The notes: generated from the letters alone by a model not told the origin. Numbered from the stretch's first letter, positions 8,225 through 15,161 are shown. The stretch: 37,037 nucleotides of DNA from an uncultured Bdellovibrionales bacterium (GCA_964385005.1 CAYLMF010000003.1:3521-40557); one strand, 5' to 3'. Program-made: numbers and translations.

Positions 8225-8615
8225 AAGTCTTGAAAAATATTCAAGACTTATAGAGAAACCGTTCTTTCAAAAAGGAGTTGATTAATCGTAAAAAATGTAT
8301 ATATCCAATGATAAATTATTCATTTATCACATGGATAAACTCACATGATGCGCCTTCGTCGTATCTGTCGTCATTTGGGACGCGTACATCGTGGTCTTGA
8401 AATGGCATCCACGGTCCTCGGACTGTGGATCATACTACGAGATCTTCTCTAGTATGGGCGGGGTGTTTGAGTTTCAACCTGGCAACAGAATGGAAGCTCC
8501 AGGGAACGTGACAACCTGAACCAATAGTCACTCTGGGAAAGTATGTAAACACATACTTCTCCCCTCAACTGAATGCATTACATGGTGTAGTGCATTCTGA
8601 GAGGGAGTAACAAAA

Positions 8616-8705
8616 ATGGCAGCAGCAAACAGTGGTTCAGTTGGTCGCGGCAAACCATTCAGGGTGACCGAGGAGGAAAAACCTCCTGAGACCAAACCTC
8701 TATAA
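8616..8705 (+). CDS. Candidate micro-ORF (29 aa: MAAANSGSVGRGKPFRVTEEEKPPETKPL)
   Basis: The ATG is preceded by GGGAG (8603-8607) at 8-nt spacing. The TAA stop lies 5 nt before copy 2 of the repeated hairpin, the same geometry as the 85-aa gene and copy 1. It is too short for the ORF track and is unverified. Confidence 0.35.
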   Translation: MAAANSGSVGRGKPFRVTEEEKPPETKPL

Positions 8706-8708
8706 TCT

Positions 8709-8749
8709 TTGGCAGAAGTGTCTCATCGTATTCACTTCTGCCCTCCATT
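8709..8749 (+). repeat. Copy 2 of the 41-nt perfect direct repeat / hairpin
   Basis: It is identical to 8184-8224, with stem arms at 8711-8720 and 8733-8742. The downstream sequence ATAGAGA..CGTTCTT..AAAC..AGGGGG is also partly shared with copy 1 and with the 5' UTR of the gene starting at 7917. Confidence 0.9.
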
Positions 8750-8812
8750 GAGACTATGACTTCTGTCAGAGTTTCATAGAGATCTCGTTCTTAAACAAAC
8801 CAGGGGGATATC

Positions 8813-8995
8813 ATGCTGAAACAGCTATTTCTTTTCTCGACAGCACAAGCTGTTTTCGTTTTCCTTGTCATGTATTACATGATGGAGAAAATCGTTCCCA
8901 TTCTCACCGCTACCGGAGGATTAGCGTTCGTATCCTCCACTTCATTGAGATTGCAAGCTTCTTGTTATTTCATAGAGTATAGAAGGTTTTTCTAA
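8813..8995 (+). CDS. Hypothetical small membrane protein (60 aa, two hydrophobic segments)
   Basis: AGGGGG (8802-8807) lies 5 nt before the ATG. The sequence LFLFSTAQAVFVFLVMYYMM ... ILTATGGLAFVSS suggests two TM helices. Confidence 0.55.
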   Translation: MLKQLFLFSTAQAVFVFLVMYYMMEKIVPILTATGGLAFVSSTSLRLQASCYFIEYRRFF

Positions 8996-9039
8996 GGCGT
9001 TTATTTGCATGTGGACGCTTTAGATAAGCCTTTCTACTA

Positions 9040-9068
9040 TTGACTTATACACAAAAAGGGTGTATAAT
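9040..9068 (+). promoter_or_regulatory. Near-consensus sigma70-type promoter (P2 of the small-gene island)
   Basis: TTGACT (9040-9045), a 17-nt spacer, then TATAAT (9063-9068). The perfect inverted repeat TATACAC-N7-GTGTATA (9046-9066) overlaps the -10 element. The spacer shares CACAAAAAGGG with P1. Confidence 0.65.
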
Positions 9069-9122
9069 ATAAAGTCACAGTAGTAATTTCACTCCTGTCA
9101 CAAAATTCCAAGGGGAATATGA

Positions 9123-9326
9123 ATGCAGCGCGTTAAAAAGTTTTTTACCTGGCTTTGGAAGACCTTTTGGGGTTTTCCTGTTTGGGTCAAGATTGCCCTC
9201 ACTTTCTTCATCGCCATGAAGATCAATCCTTCGGCGGCTGTTAGCCTCCTTATGATCGGGGTTTGCCTCTGGGCCATCCGGCACATGTGCCGGAGCCTCA
9301 TCCCAAAGAAAGGCAAGAAGAAATAA
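9123..9326 (+). CDS. Hypothetical small membrane protein (67 aa, Trp-rich, two TM segments, Lys-rich tail)
   Basis: AGGGGA (9111-9116) lies 6 nt before the ATG, and the gene is downstream of P2. The sequence reads FFTWLWKTFWGFPVWVKIALTFFIAM ... VSLLMIGVCLWAI ... KKGKKK. A hairpin terminator follows it. Confidence 0.6.
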   Translation: MQRVKKFFTWLWKTFWGFPVWVKIALTFFIAMKINPSAAVSLLMIGVCLWAIRHMCRSLIPKKGKKK

Positions 9327-9351
9327 CTTGAGCCAACGTGCTCACAAAAAG

Positions 9352-9385
9352 GCCGCCCATCGCAACTGCGATTCGGGCGGCTTTT
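9352..9385. terminator. Bidirectional intrinsic terminator shared by the 67-aa gene (+) and the metalloprotease-like gene (-)
   Basis: GCCGCCC (9352-9358) pairs with GGGCGGC (9375-9381), with an inner ATCGC/GCGAT stem. AAAAA lies 5' of the hairpin and TTTT lies 3' of it. Confidence 0.7.
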
Positions 9386-10309
9386 CTATTGTGCGAGTTT
9401 TTTAATTTTAGAAGCGATTTCCAGAAAGACTTTTTTAGCACTGGCTGTATCAAGAATTTCATGAAATGCCATCACAATCGGTCCAAGCTCCAAAAATTTG
9501 GTATCTGCTCTCGCCAATCTCGCAACAAACTTATCCGAAAAAACCTCATTCAAAAGATCAGCCACTTCTCCATTGAGTAAGTCAGTGCCACTTAAGTACT
9601 CTCGTACTACTGATTGCCACACCACTTCTTTTGGTATGCCGCACTCTTCTCCAAGTCGTTCACAAAAGGTCCTGACAAAAATCCTTGCCAATGGATATTT
9701 AGAATCATATTTTTTCTCTTCGCCCGAACCTGAGCGACGCACGTATTCTTGATAGACTACGGAAGCAAGCTCATCTGTCACCCCCTCGTTGAACCAGCGT
9801 AACTTTGTATCTGACTTCATTATAAGCGAACCCTTCGTTTCGATATTTTGTTGATCAAAACCAATTTGCACTTTGATACTGCCTTTTTTCATAAGAGAAA
9901 GTAGGGCGTCGTCTTGCTCTTCTTCATAATGACTGTACGAAACAGCATGTGCTTCCTCGTGACATATCATTTCAAGTACCAAATCTTTAGCGTCTTTTTT
10001 ATCCCGTGTCGCCAGCACTTCTGCCATGAGTGTGTGTATGGTAATTTTTTTGTCTTTCGCCGAATACCAACCACCTGCAAGTGGACTCTTGAACGCTGGA
10101 GGATCCTTTATGATATCTTTTTCCTCTACGAAATTCATTTGTTCAGAATCAAGTCCGCTGCGACGAACGTGTTCTGCAAAAATTTCACGAAGCTCATGAA
10201 AATCTATCCACTCAAATGATTCCCTATTTTCCAATCTGTCAGGTCTTTTTTGATTTTTTTCACCAGCTGACGGCGGCATTTCAAACATCTTATTCATACG
10301 CTGGTACAT
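9386..10309 (-). CDS. Putative zinc metallopeptidase (HExxH, gluzincin-like), otherwise uncharacterised
   Basis: It has an HEEAH motif (EMICHEEAHAV) and a downstream FNEGVTDE that resembles the thermolysin-type NExxSD third zinc ligand. There is no signal peptide. Its start overlaps the end of tsaE by 20 nt. Confidence 0.5.
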   Translation of the reverse strand: MYQRMNKMFEMPPSAGEKNQKRPDRLENRESFEWIDFHELREIFAEHVRRSGLDSEQMNFVEEKDIIKDPPAFKSPLAGGWYSAKDKKITIHTLMAEVLATRDKKDAKDLVLEMICHEEAHAVSYSHYEEEQDDALLSLMKKGSIKVQIGFDQQNIETKGSLIMKSDTKLRWFNEGVTDELASVVYQEYVRRSGSGEEKKYDSKYPLARIFVRTFCERLGEECGIPKEVVWQSVVREYLSGTDLLNGEVADLLNEVFSDKFVARLARADTKFLELGPIVMAFHEILDTASAKKVFLEIASKIKKLAQ

Positions 10310-10739
10310 TGCAGGTAATTTTTCGTTCGTCTTCTCCTTCTTGCTCGAGATTGATATCTATTCTTTTCTCTGGCAATACCTCTGGTACGCGCTCTGGCCA
10401 CTCAAGAATCACAAGTCCTTTCGGATCACTACACCACTCCTCAAATCCTAAGTGTTCGATATCTTTTGTTTCTATTCGATACGCATCTATATGGTATACC
10501 CGACTAATACCTGATTCAGTCGGTACTGGAAGAGTATACTCTTTCATAATGACAAATGTGGGGCTCGTATAAGGTCCTTCGGCACCAAGGCCTTCGAGAA
10601 TACCCTGAGTGAGCGTCGTCTTGCCTGCCCCAAGATCCCCAGAAAGACAAAGGCTCACGCCAGGAAGAAGATCTTTGGCTAACTCTTGCCCAAAATCCTT
10701 TGTTTCCTGATTATTATGCGTAATCTGTATATTTTTCAT
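10290..10739 (-). CDS. tsaE: tRNA t6A37 threonylcarbamoyl-transfer ATPase TsaE (YjeE)
   Basis: The Walker A context LSGDLGAGKTTLTQGILEGLG, then SPTF and HIDAYR, together with the 149-aa size, are characteristic of TsaE. Confidence 0.85.
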   Translation of the reverse strand: MKNIQITHNNQETKDFGQELAKDLLPGVSLCLSGDLGAGKTTLTQGILEGLGAEGPYTSPTFVIMKEYTLPVPTESGISRVYHIDAYRIETKDIEHLGFEEWCSDPKGLVILEWPERVPEVLPEKRIDINLEQEGEDERKITCNVPAYE

Positions 10740-10852
10740 ATTTTCATCCTAGCCTGGACAAGCATATTTGGCGAGAGCCTGGTTCTTTTTCCTTGACGTA
10801 AGGCTTTTTCCTTGCTATTTTTGATTATTCATCTAAACCCATTATCTCTGCC

Positions 10853-11992
10853 ATGTCCCTCAATCTTGCTCAACAATTCGAAGAACTTCTCCAAAAAGCT
10901 ACTCATCCGCTTATTATTGTCACTCCCCACGCTTCCCTCGATGCTGTCTCAACTGCTGTAGCATTGGCTCTTTTCTTTGAAAAAATTGGCAAGAAGGCTA
11001 CCCTCGCTGGTGACACTCTCACAAAAGACCTTGAAAGCCTCGCTATTCTTGATAAACCAGAGAATATCCGCGAATCTATCACAGCTTCTCGTGACTTCGT
11101 GTTGGCATTCAATACAGAATACAACAACATTGTCAGTATCAAATCAGAGCGACTACCCAAAGAGTTTCGTATCTACCTCACGCCAGAGAAGGGTACGATT
11201 GATCCCCGTGATTTTTCTTTTATCCCCGCTCAATTTATTTTTGACTTAGCTATTGTTCTTGGCGCTCATGACAAAGAACACTGCGGCAAAATCTACGAAA
11301 GTGATCCTGACATTTTCTTTGAAATGCCTGTCGTCAATATTGACAATCAGCCCGCCAACGAAAATTTTGGTCAATTTAATGCTATCGATCTCAAGGCCTC
11401 TTCTTTGGCTGAGATAGTCGCTGATCTCTTTCTTGCATCTAAGGCAGGCGCCCTACCAGACGTTATGGCGCTTCCGCTCCTTACTGGTATTATCGCTGCT
11501 ACTGATAGCTTTCAGAAAAAAAACACGACTCCAAAATCTCTCCAGCTCGCTTCTGTCCTCATGCAGATGGGTGCTGACCAACAACGTATCATTCGCTCAC
11601 TCTACAAGACTCAACCCCTTCACCTCATTAAGCTCTGGGGTAAAGCTATGGCGCAGATCAAATCAGCCCCTAAACTCGACCTCGTCTGGTCACTTGTCAC
11701 CACCGAAGATATCGTCCATGCTCGCGCTGAAGCAGATGATCTCCCTCTTATCCTTGAAAAAATTAAGGCCAACTCTTCTCAGGCGAAATTTTTTGCCCTT
11801 CTTTCTCCAGAAAATTCTACTACCGTACGGGTTCTCATCAAAAGCGTATCCAAAGAGGCACTTGATGTACTGGTTCAGCACATTCCCGAGAGCACACTCC
11901 TCGGTGATACGCTCATGTTCCTTCTTCTTGCAGGTAGCCTCGAAGAAGCTGAGCAAATCCTTTTTGAAAAACTCGAGGTGGCTCTTTTGTAA
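10853..11992 (+). CDS. DHH-family phosphoesterase-like protein (NrnA/RecJ-like fold), catalytic motifs apparently degenerate
   Basis: The overall layout resembles NrnA: IIVTPHASLDAVSTAVALALFF at the motif I position, GIIAATDSFQ at the GIxTDTGxF position, and a C-terminal DHHA1-like part. Several conserved Asp/His residues appear to be replaced. Confidence 0.5.
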   Translation: MSLNLAQQFEELLQKATHPLIIVTPHASLDAVSTAVALALFFEKIGKKATLAGDTLTKDLESLAILDKPENIRESITASRDFVLAFNTEYNNIVSIKSERLPKEFRIYLTPEKGTIDPRDFSFIPAQFIFDLAIVLGAHDKEHCGKIYESDPDIFFEMPVVNIDNQPANENFGQFNAIDLKASSLAEIVADLFLASKAGALPDVMALPLLTGIIAATDSFQKKNTTPKSLQLASVLMQMGADQQRIIRSLYKTQPLHLIKLWGKAMAQIKSAPKLDLVWSLVTTEDIVHARAEADDLPLILEKIKANSSQAKFFALLSPENSTTVRVLIKSVSKEALDVLVQHIPESTLLGDTLMFLLLAGSLEEAEQILFEKLEVALL

Positions 11993-12031
11993 AGACTTCC
12001 CAGTTTGTCCTCAGAGTAGTCACGCGCTACA

Positions 12032-13804
12032 ATGAAGGAAAACAAACCTATGGTTAAAGTAGTCAAACAATCTCCTTCTGACGAAGGCTCAAAAGAAAGT
12101 GTCGGCGATTTCTTGCAAAAAATTGATTCCTCCTCTCGAGAAAGTGAGGTGGAACGCCTCGCTCATTCAGTAGGGCTTCCCTACATTGACCTTTCTCTTT
12201 TTCCTGTTGATGGTGACCATATTCGCTCTTTTCCTGAAGATTTAGCAAAAGATACTTCTTCTGTACTTTTTCAAAAAGAACGTGGTATCTACCGTATAGG
12301 ACTGACACAAAACGATGACTCTCTCAAAGAAAAAATTCTCACCTATACCAAAGAACGCGAACAAGAAGTAAAATTCTATCTCATTTCCAATGCCTCTCTC
12401 GAGCGTGGCTGGGAAGAATACAGCAAAAAGCCCTTTATAGAACACCTCGATCAAATGAAAGTCAGTCTTTCCAAAGAAGACTTAGCTACCTTTGGTAAGG
12501 AGTTTGATGACCTCCTTTCACTCAAAAATAGCCTCTCGGACCTTCCTACTACCAAGGTGCTTGAAATTATTTTAGCGGGAGCCAATCGTCTACGTACCAG
12601 TGATATCCATATTGAACCAGAGGCAGGCGACGTAAGACTACGCTATCGTATTGACGGACTCCTTGAGGATATCGCTCATATCCCATCTGATGTCTATCAC
12701 CTGACACTTTCTCGAGTAAAAATGCTCGCCAAGATGAAGCTCAATGCCAGTACACGAGCTCAAGACGGTAGCTTTTTCATTATGAAAGATGGCGAACGCA
12801 TAGATATTCGTGTCAGCATTATCCCTACCAATCAAGGAGAGACTATCAACATGCGTCTCCTCAATAGCGCCGAGGCTGATGTGCCGCTTGAAACCCTGGG
12901 TCTTCGCGGCGAAGCCCTCCTTGAAATCAAGCGTCAAATCAAAAAGCCCCACGGCATGATAGTCAATACAGGACCGACTGGTTCTGGTAAAACAACTACC
13001 CTCTATAGCTTGATTCGGGAAATAAACGAGTCTTCTGTCAAAATTATCACTGTGGAAGATCCTATTGAATACATCCTTCCTGGGGTAGTGCAAACCGCTG
13101 TCAATAATGATGACTCCTACACCTTTGGCCAGGCTCTCCGCGCTATAGTACGTCAGGATCCAGACGTTATCCTCGTTGGAGAAATTCGTGACGAAGAAAC
13201 AGCAGAGGTAGCAGTCAATGCTGCCCTTACTGGCCACCTTGTGTTTACTACCCTTCATACCAACGATGCTCCTGCCTCTATAGTCCGCCTCGGTGAACTT
13301 GGTATCAAGGGCTCTCTTATAGGTAGTGCGGTTAATATCTTTATTGGTCAACGCCTCGTGCGCGTCCTCTGTAAAAAGTGTCGTGAAGCCTACGCGCCTG
13401 CTCCTAAGACCATAGCCGCTCTCCAAAAAATTCTTGCTACCATTCCTTCTAGTACAGGCATTCATGTACCTGAAACCATCACTACTCTCTACAAGCCAGT
13501 TGGTTGTGCTGAATGTCATTTTTCTGGCTATCGTGGTCGCCAAGGAATCTTTGAGGTCTTTCCGGTAACTGATGCTATTGCCGCAATTATTGATAATTTT
13601 GCTACCGAAAACGAAATTCGTCAGGCCGCTATCAAAGAAGGCATGCTCACTATGAATCAAGATGGTTTACTCAAAGTTGTTGAGGGTATCACCACCTTCC
13701 AAGAAGTCTGGCGTACTACCGGTAGAGATGAAGCGCTCGAAAGTCTCTACGAAGATATCTTAAGCGATCCATCCCTCAAAGAAACTCCTCCTACAAAAGA
13801 ATAA
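12032..13804 (+). CDS. pilB: Type II secretion / type IV pilus assembly ATPase (GspE/PilB family)
   Basis: It has an N-terminal T2SSE_N-like region, a Walker A motif (GPTGSGKTTT), Asp/His boxes (DPDVILVGEIRD, TGHLVFTTLHTN) and a tetracysteine motif (CKKC...CAEC). An alternative start is Met7 at 12050. Confidence 0.9.
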   Translation: MKENKPMVKVVKQSPSDEGSKESVGDFLQKIDSSSRESEVERLAHSVGLPYIDLSLFPVDGDHIRSFPEDLAKDTSSVLFQKERGIYRIGLTQNDDSLKEKILTYTKEREQEVKFYLISNASLERGWEEYSKKPFIEHLDQMKVSLSKEDLATFGKEFDDLLSLKNSLSDLPTTKVLEIILAGANRLRTSDIHIEPEAGDVRLRYRIDGLLEDIAHIPSDVYHLTLSRVKMLAKMKLNASTRAQDGSFFIMKDGERIDIRVSIIPTNQGETINMRLLNSAEADVPLETLGLRGEALLEIKRQIKKPHGMIVNTGPTGSGKTTTLYSLIREINESSVKIITVEDPIEYILPGVVQTAVNNDDSYTFGQALRAIVRQDPDVILVGEIRDEETAEVAVNAALTGHLVFTTLHTNDAPASIVRLGELGIKGSLIGSAVNIFIGQRLVRVLCKKCREAYAPAPKTIAALQKILATIPSSTGIHVPETITTLYKPVGCAECHFSGYRGRQGIFEVFPVTDAIAAIIDNFATENEIRQAAIKEGMLTMNQDGLLKVVEGITTFQEVWRTTGRDEALESLYEDILSDPSLKETPPTKE

Positions 13805-13810
13805 AACAAA

Positions 13811-13837
13811 AAACTCCTCTTAATAGAGGAGTTTTTG
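13811..13837 (+). terminator. Intrinsic terminator after pilB
   Basis: ACTCCTCT (13813-13820), a TAAT loop and AGAGGAGT (13825-13832), followed by TTTTT. Confidence 0.75.
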
Positions 13838-14069
13838 TTAACGTTCATTTTAAACCGCAGACAAATCCTTAAGCATAGGAGCCCAAGGAAAGGACAAGTG
13901 TCGAGGAATAGCAGAGCCGAAACCCCCCTACCCAGATCTTGGCAACAAGCCCCGATTTTGAGAACAAAAGATAGAAGTTCCCAAATTGTCTACAGTTTAA
14001 AACGAGCGTTTTTGAAATGTCTTCAACCTTTTTCAAGTTGAAGGAGTATATTAGCAGGATTTGGAAAAC

Positions 14070-14098
14070 TTGTCAAGTCCTGATATACTATCTATACT
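14070..14098 (+). promoter_or_regulatory. Candidate sigma70-type promoter for ruvB
   Basis: TTGTCA (14070-14075), a 17-nt spacer, then TATACT (14093-14098). It lies 43 nt upstream of the ruvB ATG. Confidence 0.5.
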
Positions 14099-14141
14099 GA
14101 TTTATCTATTTTTTCTTTTATCTAGGCCATAAACCATCTCT

Positions 14142-15155
14142 ATGCTCACTACTGCCCCCCAAGAATTTGAAGAGCAAAATCTCGATAATACCCTCCGTCC
14201 TCAGAGCTTTTCTGAATATATTGGCCAGGATAAGATCAAGAAAAACCTGGGTATTTTTATCCAAGCAGCCAAGAAGCGTGGTGAAAATATTGACCATGTT
14301 CTTCTCTACGGTTCAGCTGGACTCGGCAAAACTACTCTGGCACATATCATCGCCAAGGAAATGGGGGTCAATATCAAAGTAACTTCTGGACCAGCTATTG
14401 AAAAAGTGGGTGATCTTGGCTCTATCCTGACCAATCTCGAAGATGGCGATGTCTTGTTTATCGATGAAATTCATCGCTTGAATAAACTTATTGAGGAGGT
14501 CCTCTACCCAGCCATGGAAGACTACAAGCTTGATATCATCATCGGGAAGGGACCAGCTGCTCGCACTATCCAGCTCGATCTTCCTCGCTTCACGCTTATT
14601 GGCGCCACTACTCGCCTTGGCTCGCTTTCCAATCCTCTTCGTAATCGCTTTGGTTCTACACATCGCCTCGAGTTTTATAATAGTCAGGATATTGAAAGGA
14701 TAGTTAGTCGCTCTGCGCGCATCCTTGGTATTGAGACTGATGAAGGCGGCGCACGAGTTATCGCTCTTTCTAGTAGACAAACTCCCCGCGTAGCCAACCG
14801 TATCCTAAAGCGTGTACGTGATTTTGCTCAGATTCATGACGACGAAATCATTACTACCGATCTTGCCAAAGAAGCCCTGGCTCTTTATGAAATCGATCAT
14901 CTTGGTCTTGAGCCTACCGATAGGCTCATGCTTGAAACTTTGATCAAAAAATTTAGAGGTGGCCCAGCTGGTATCCAATCTCTTGCAGCTGTTACCGGTG
15001 AGGAGCTTCAAACTATTGAGGATGTCTACGAGCCGTACCTTATTCAAATTGGATTCCTTGCGCGTACACCGCGTGGCCGCATTGTTACAAAGGAAGGTTA
15101 TGATCATCTTGGTATTCCTATGCCAGACGAACAAGCCGAAAAGCTTCTTGGCTAG
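14142..15155 (+). CDS. ruvB: Holliday junction branch migration ATPase RuvB
   Basis: It contains [12 protein letters not shown], a Walker A motif ([11 protein letters not shown]), a Walker B motif ([10 protein letters not shown]), sensor motifs, and a C-terminal winged-helix region (PRGRIVT). Confidence 0.95.
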   Translation: MLTTAPQEFEEQNLDNTLRPQSFSEYIGQDKIKKNLGIFIQAAKKRGENIDHVLLYGSAGLGKTTLAHIIAKEMGVNIKVTSGPAIEKVGDLGSILTNLEDGDVLFIDEIHRLNKLIEEVLYPAMEDYKLDIIIGKGPAARTIQLDLPRFTLIGATTRLGSLSNPLRNRFGSTHRLEFYNSQDIERIVSRSARILGIETDEGGARVIALSSRQTPRVANRILKRVRDFAQIHDDEIITTDLAKEALALYEIDHLGLEPTDRLMLETLIKKFRGGPAGIQSLAAVTGEELQTIEDVYEPYLIQIGFLARTPRGRIVTKEGYDHLGIPMPDEQAEKLLG

Positions 15156-15161
15156 ACAAAA

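Noticed and set aside
8625-8700. GTGGTTCAGTTGGTCGCGG resembles a tRNA D-arm.
   Set aside because: No matching acceptor stem, anticodon arm or GTTCRANYC T-loop can be drawn around it. I found no tRNA-like T-loop anywhere in the window on either strand by eye.
8184-8749. I considered whether the 41-nt repeats are a CRISPR array.
   Set aside because: There are only two copies, 525 nt apart, and the intervening sequence contains an ORF and hairpins. No cas genes are in the window, and the spacing is far from CRISPR-like.
9075-9316. Two minus-strand ORFs (69 and 72 aa) lie opposite the 67-aa gene.
   Set aside because: The plus-strand ORF has a promoter, an SD site, a terminator and a coherent two-TM hydrophobicity pattern. 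The minus-strand ORFs have none of these.
12638-13660. A 340-aa ORF runs antisense inside pilB.
   Set aside because: It lies entirely within a confidently identified GspE/PilB gene. Its composition is low-complexity and unnatural, and it has no motif. It is a typical antisense shadow ORF.
13835-14041. A 68-aa plus-strand ORF follows pilB.
   Set aside because: It starts at a TTG inside the pilB terminator hairpin. It is Arg/Lys/Ser-rich, with no SD site and no coding-like codon pattern.
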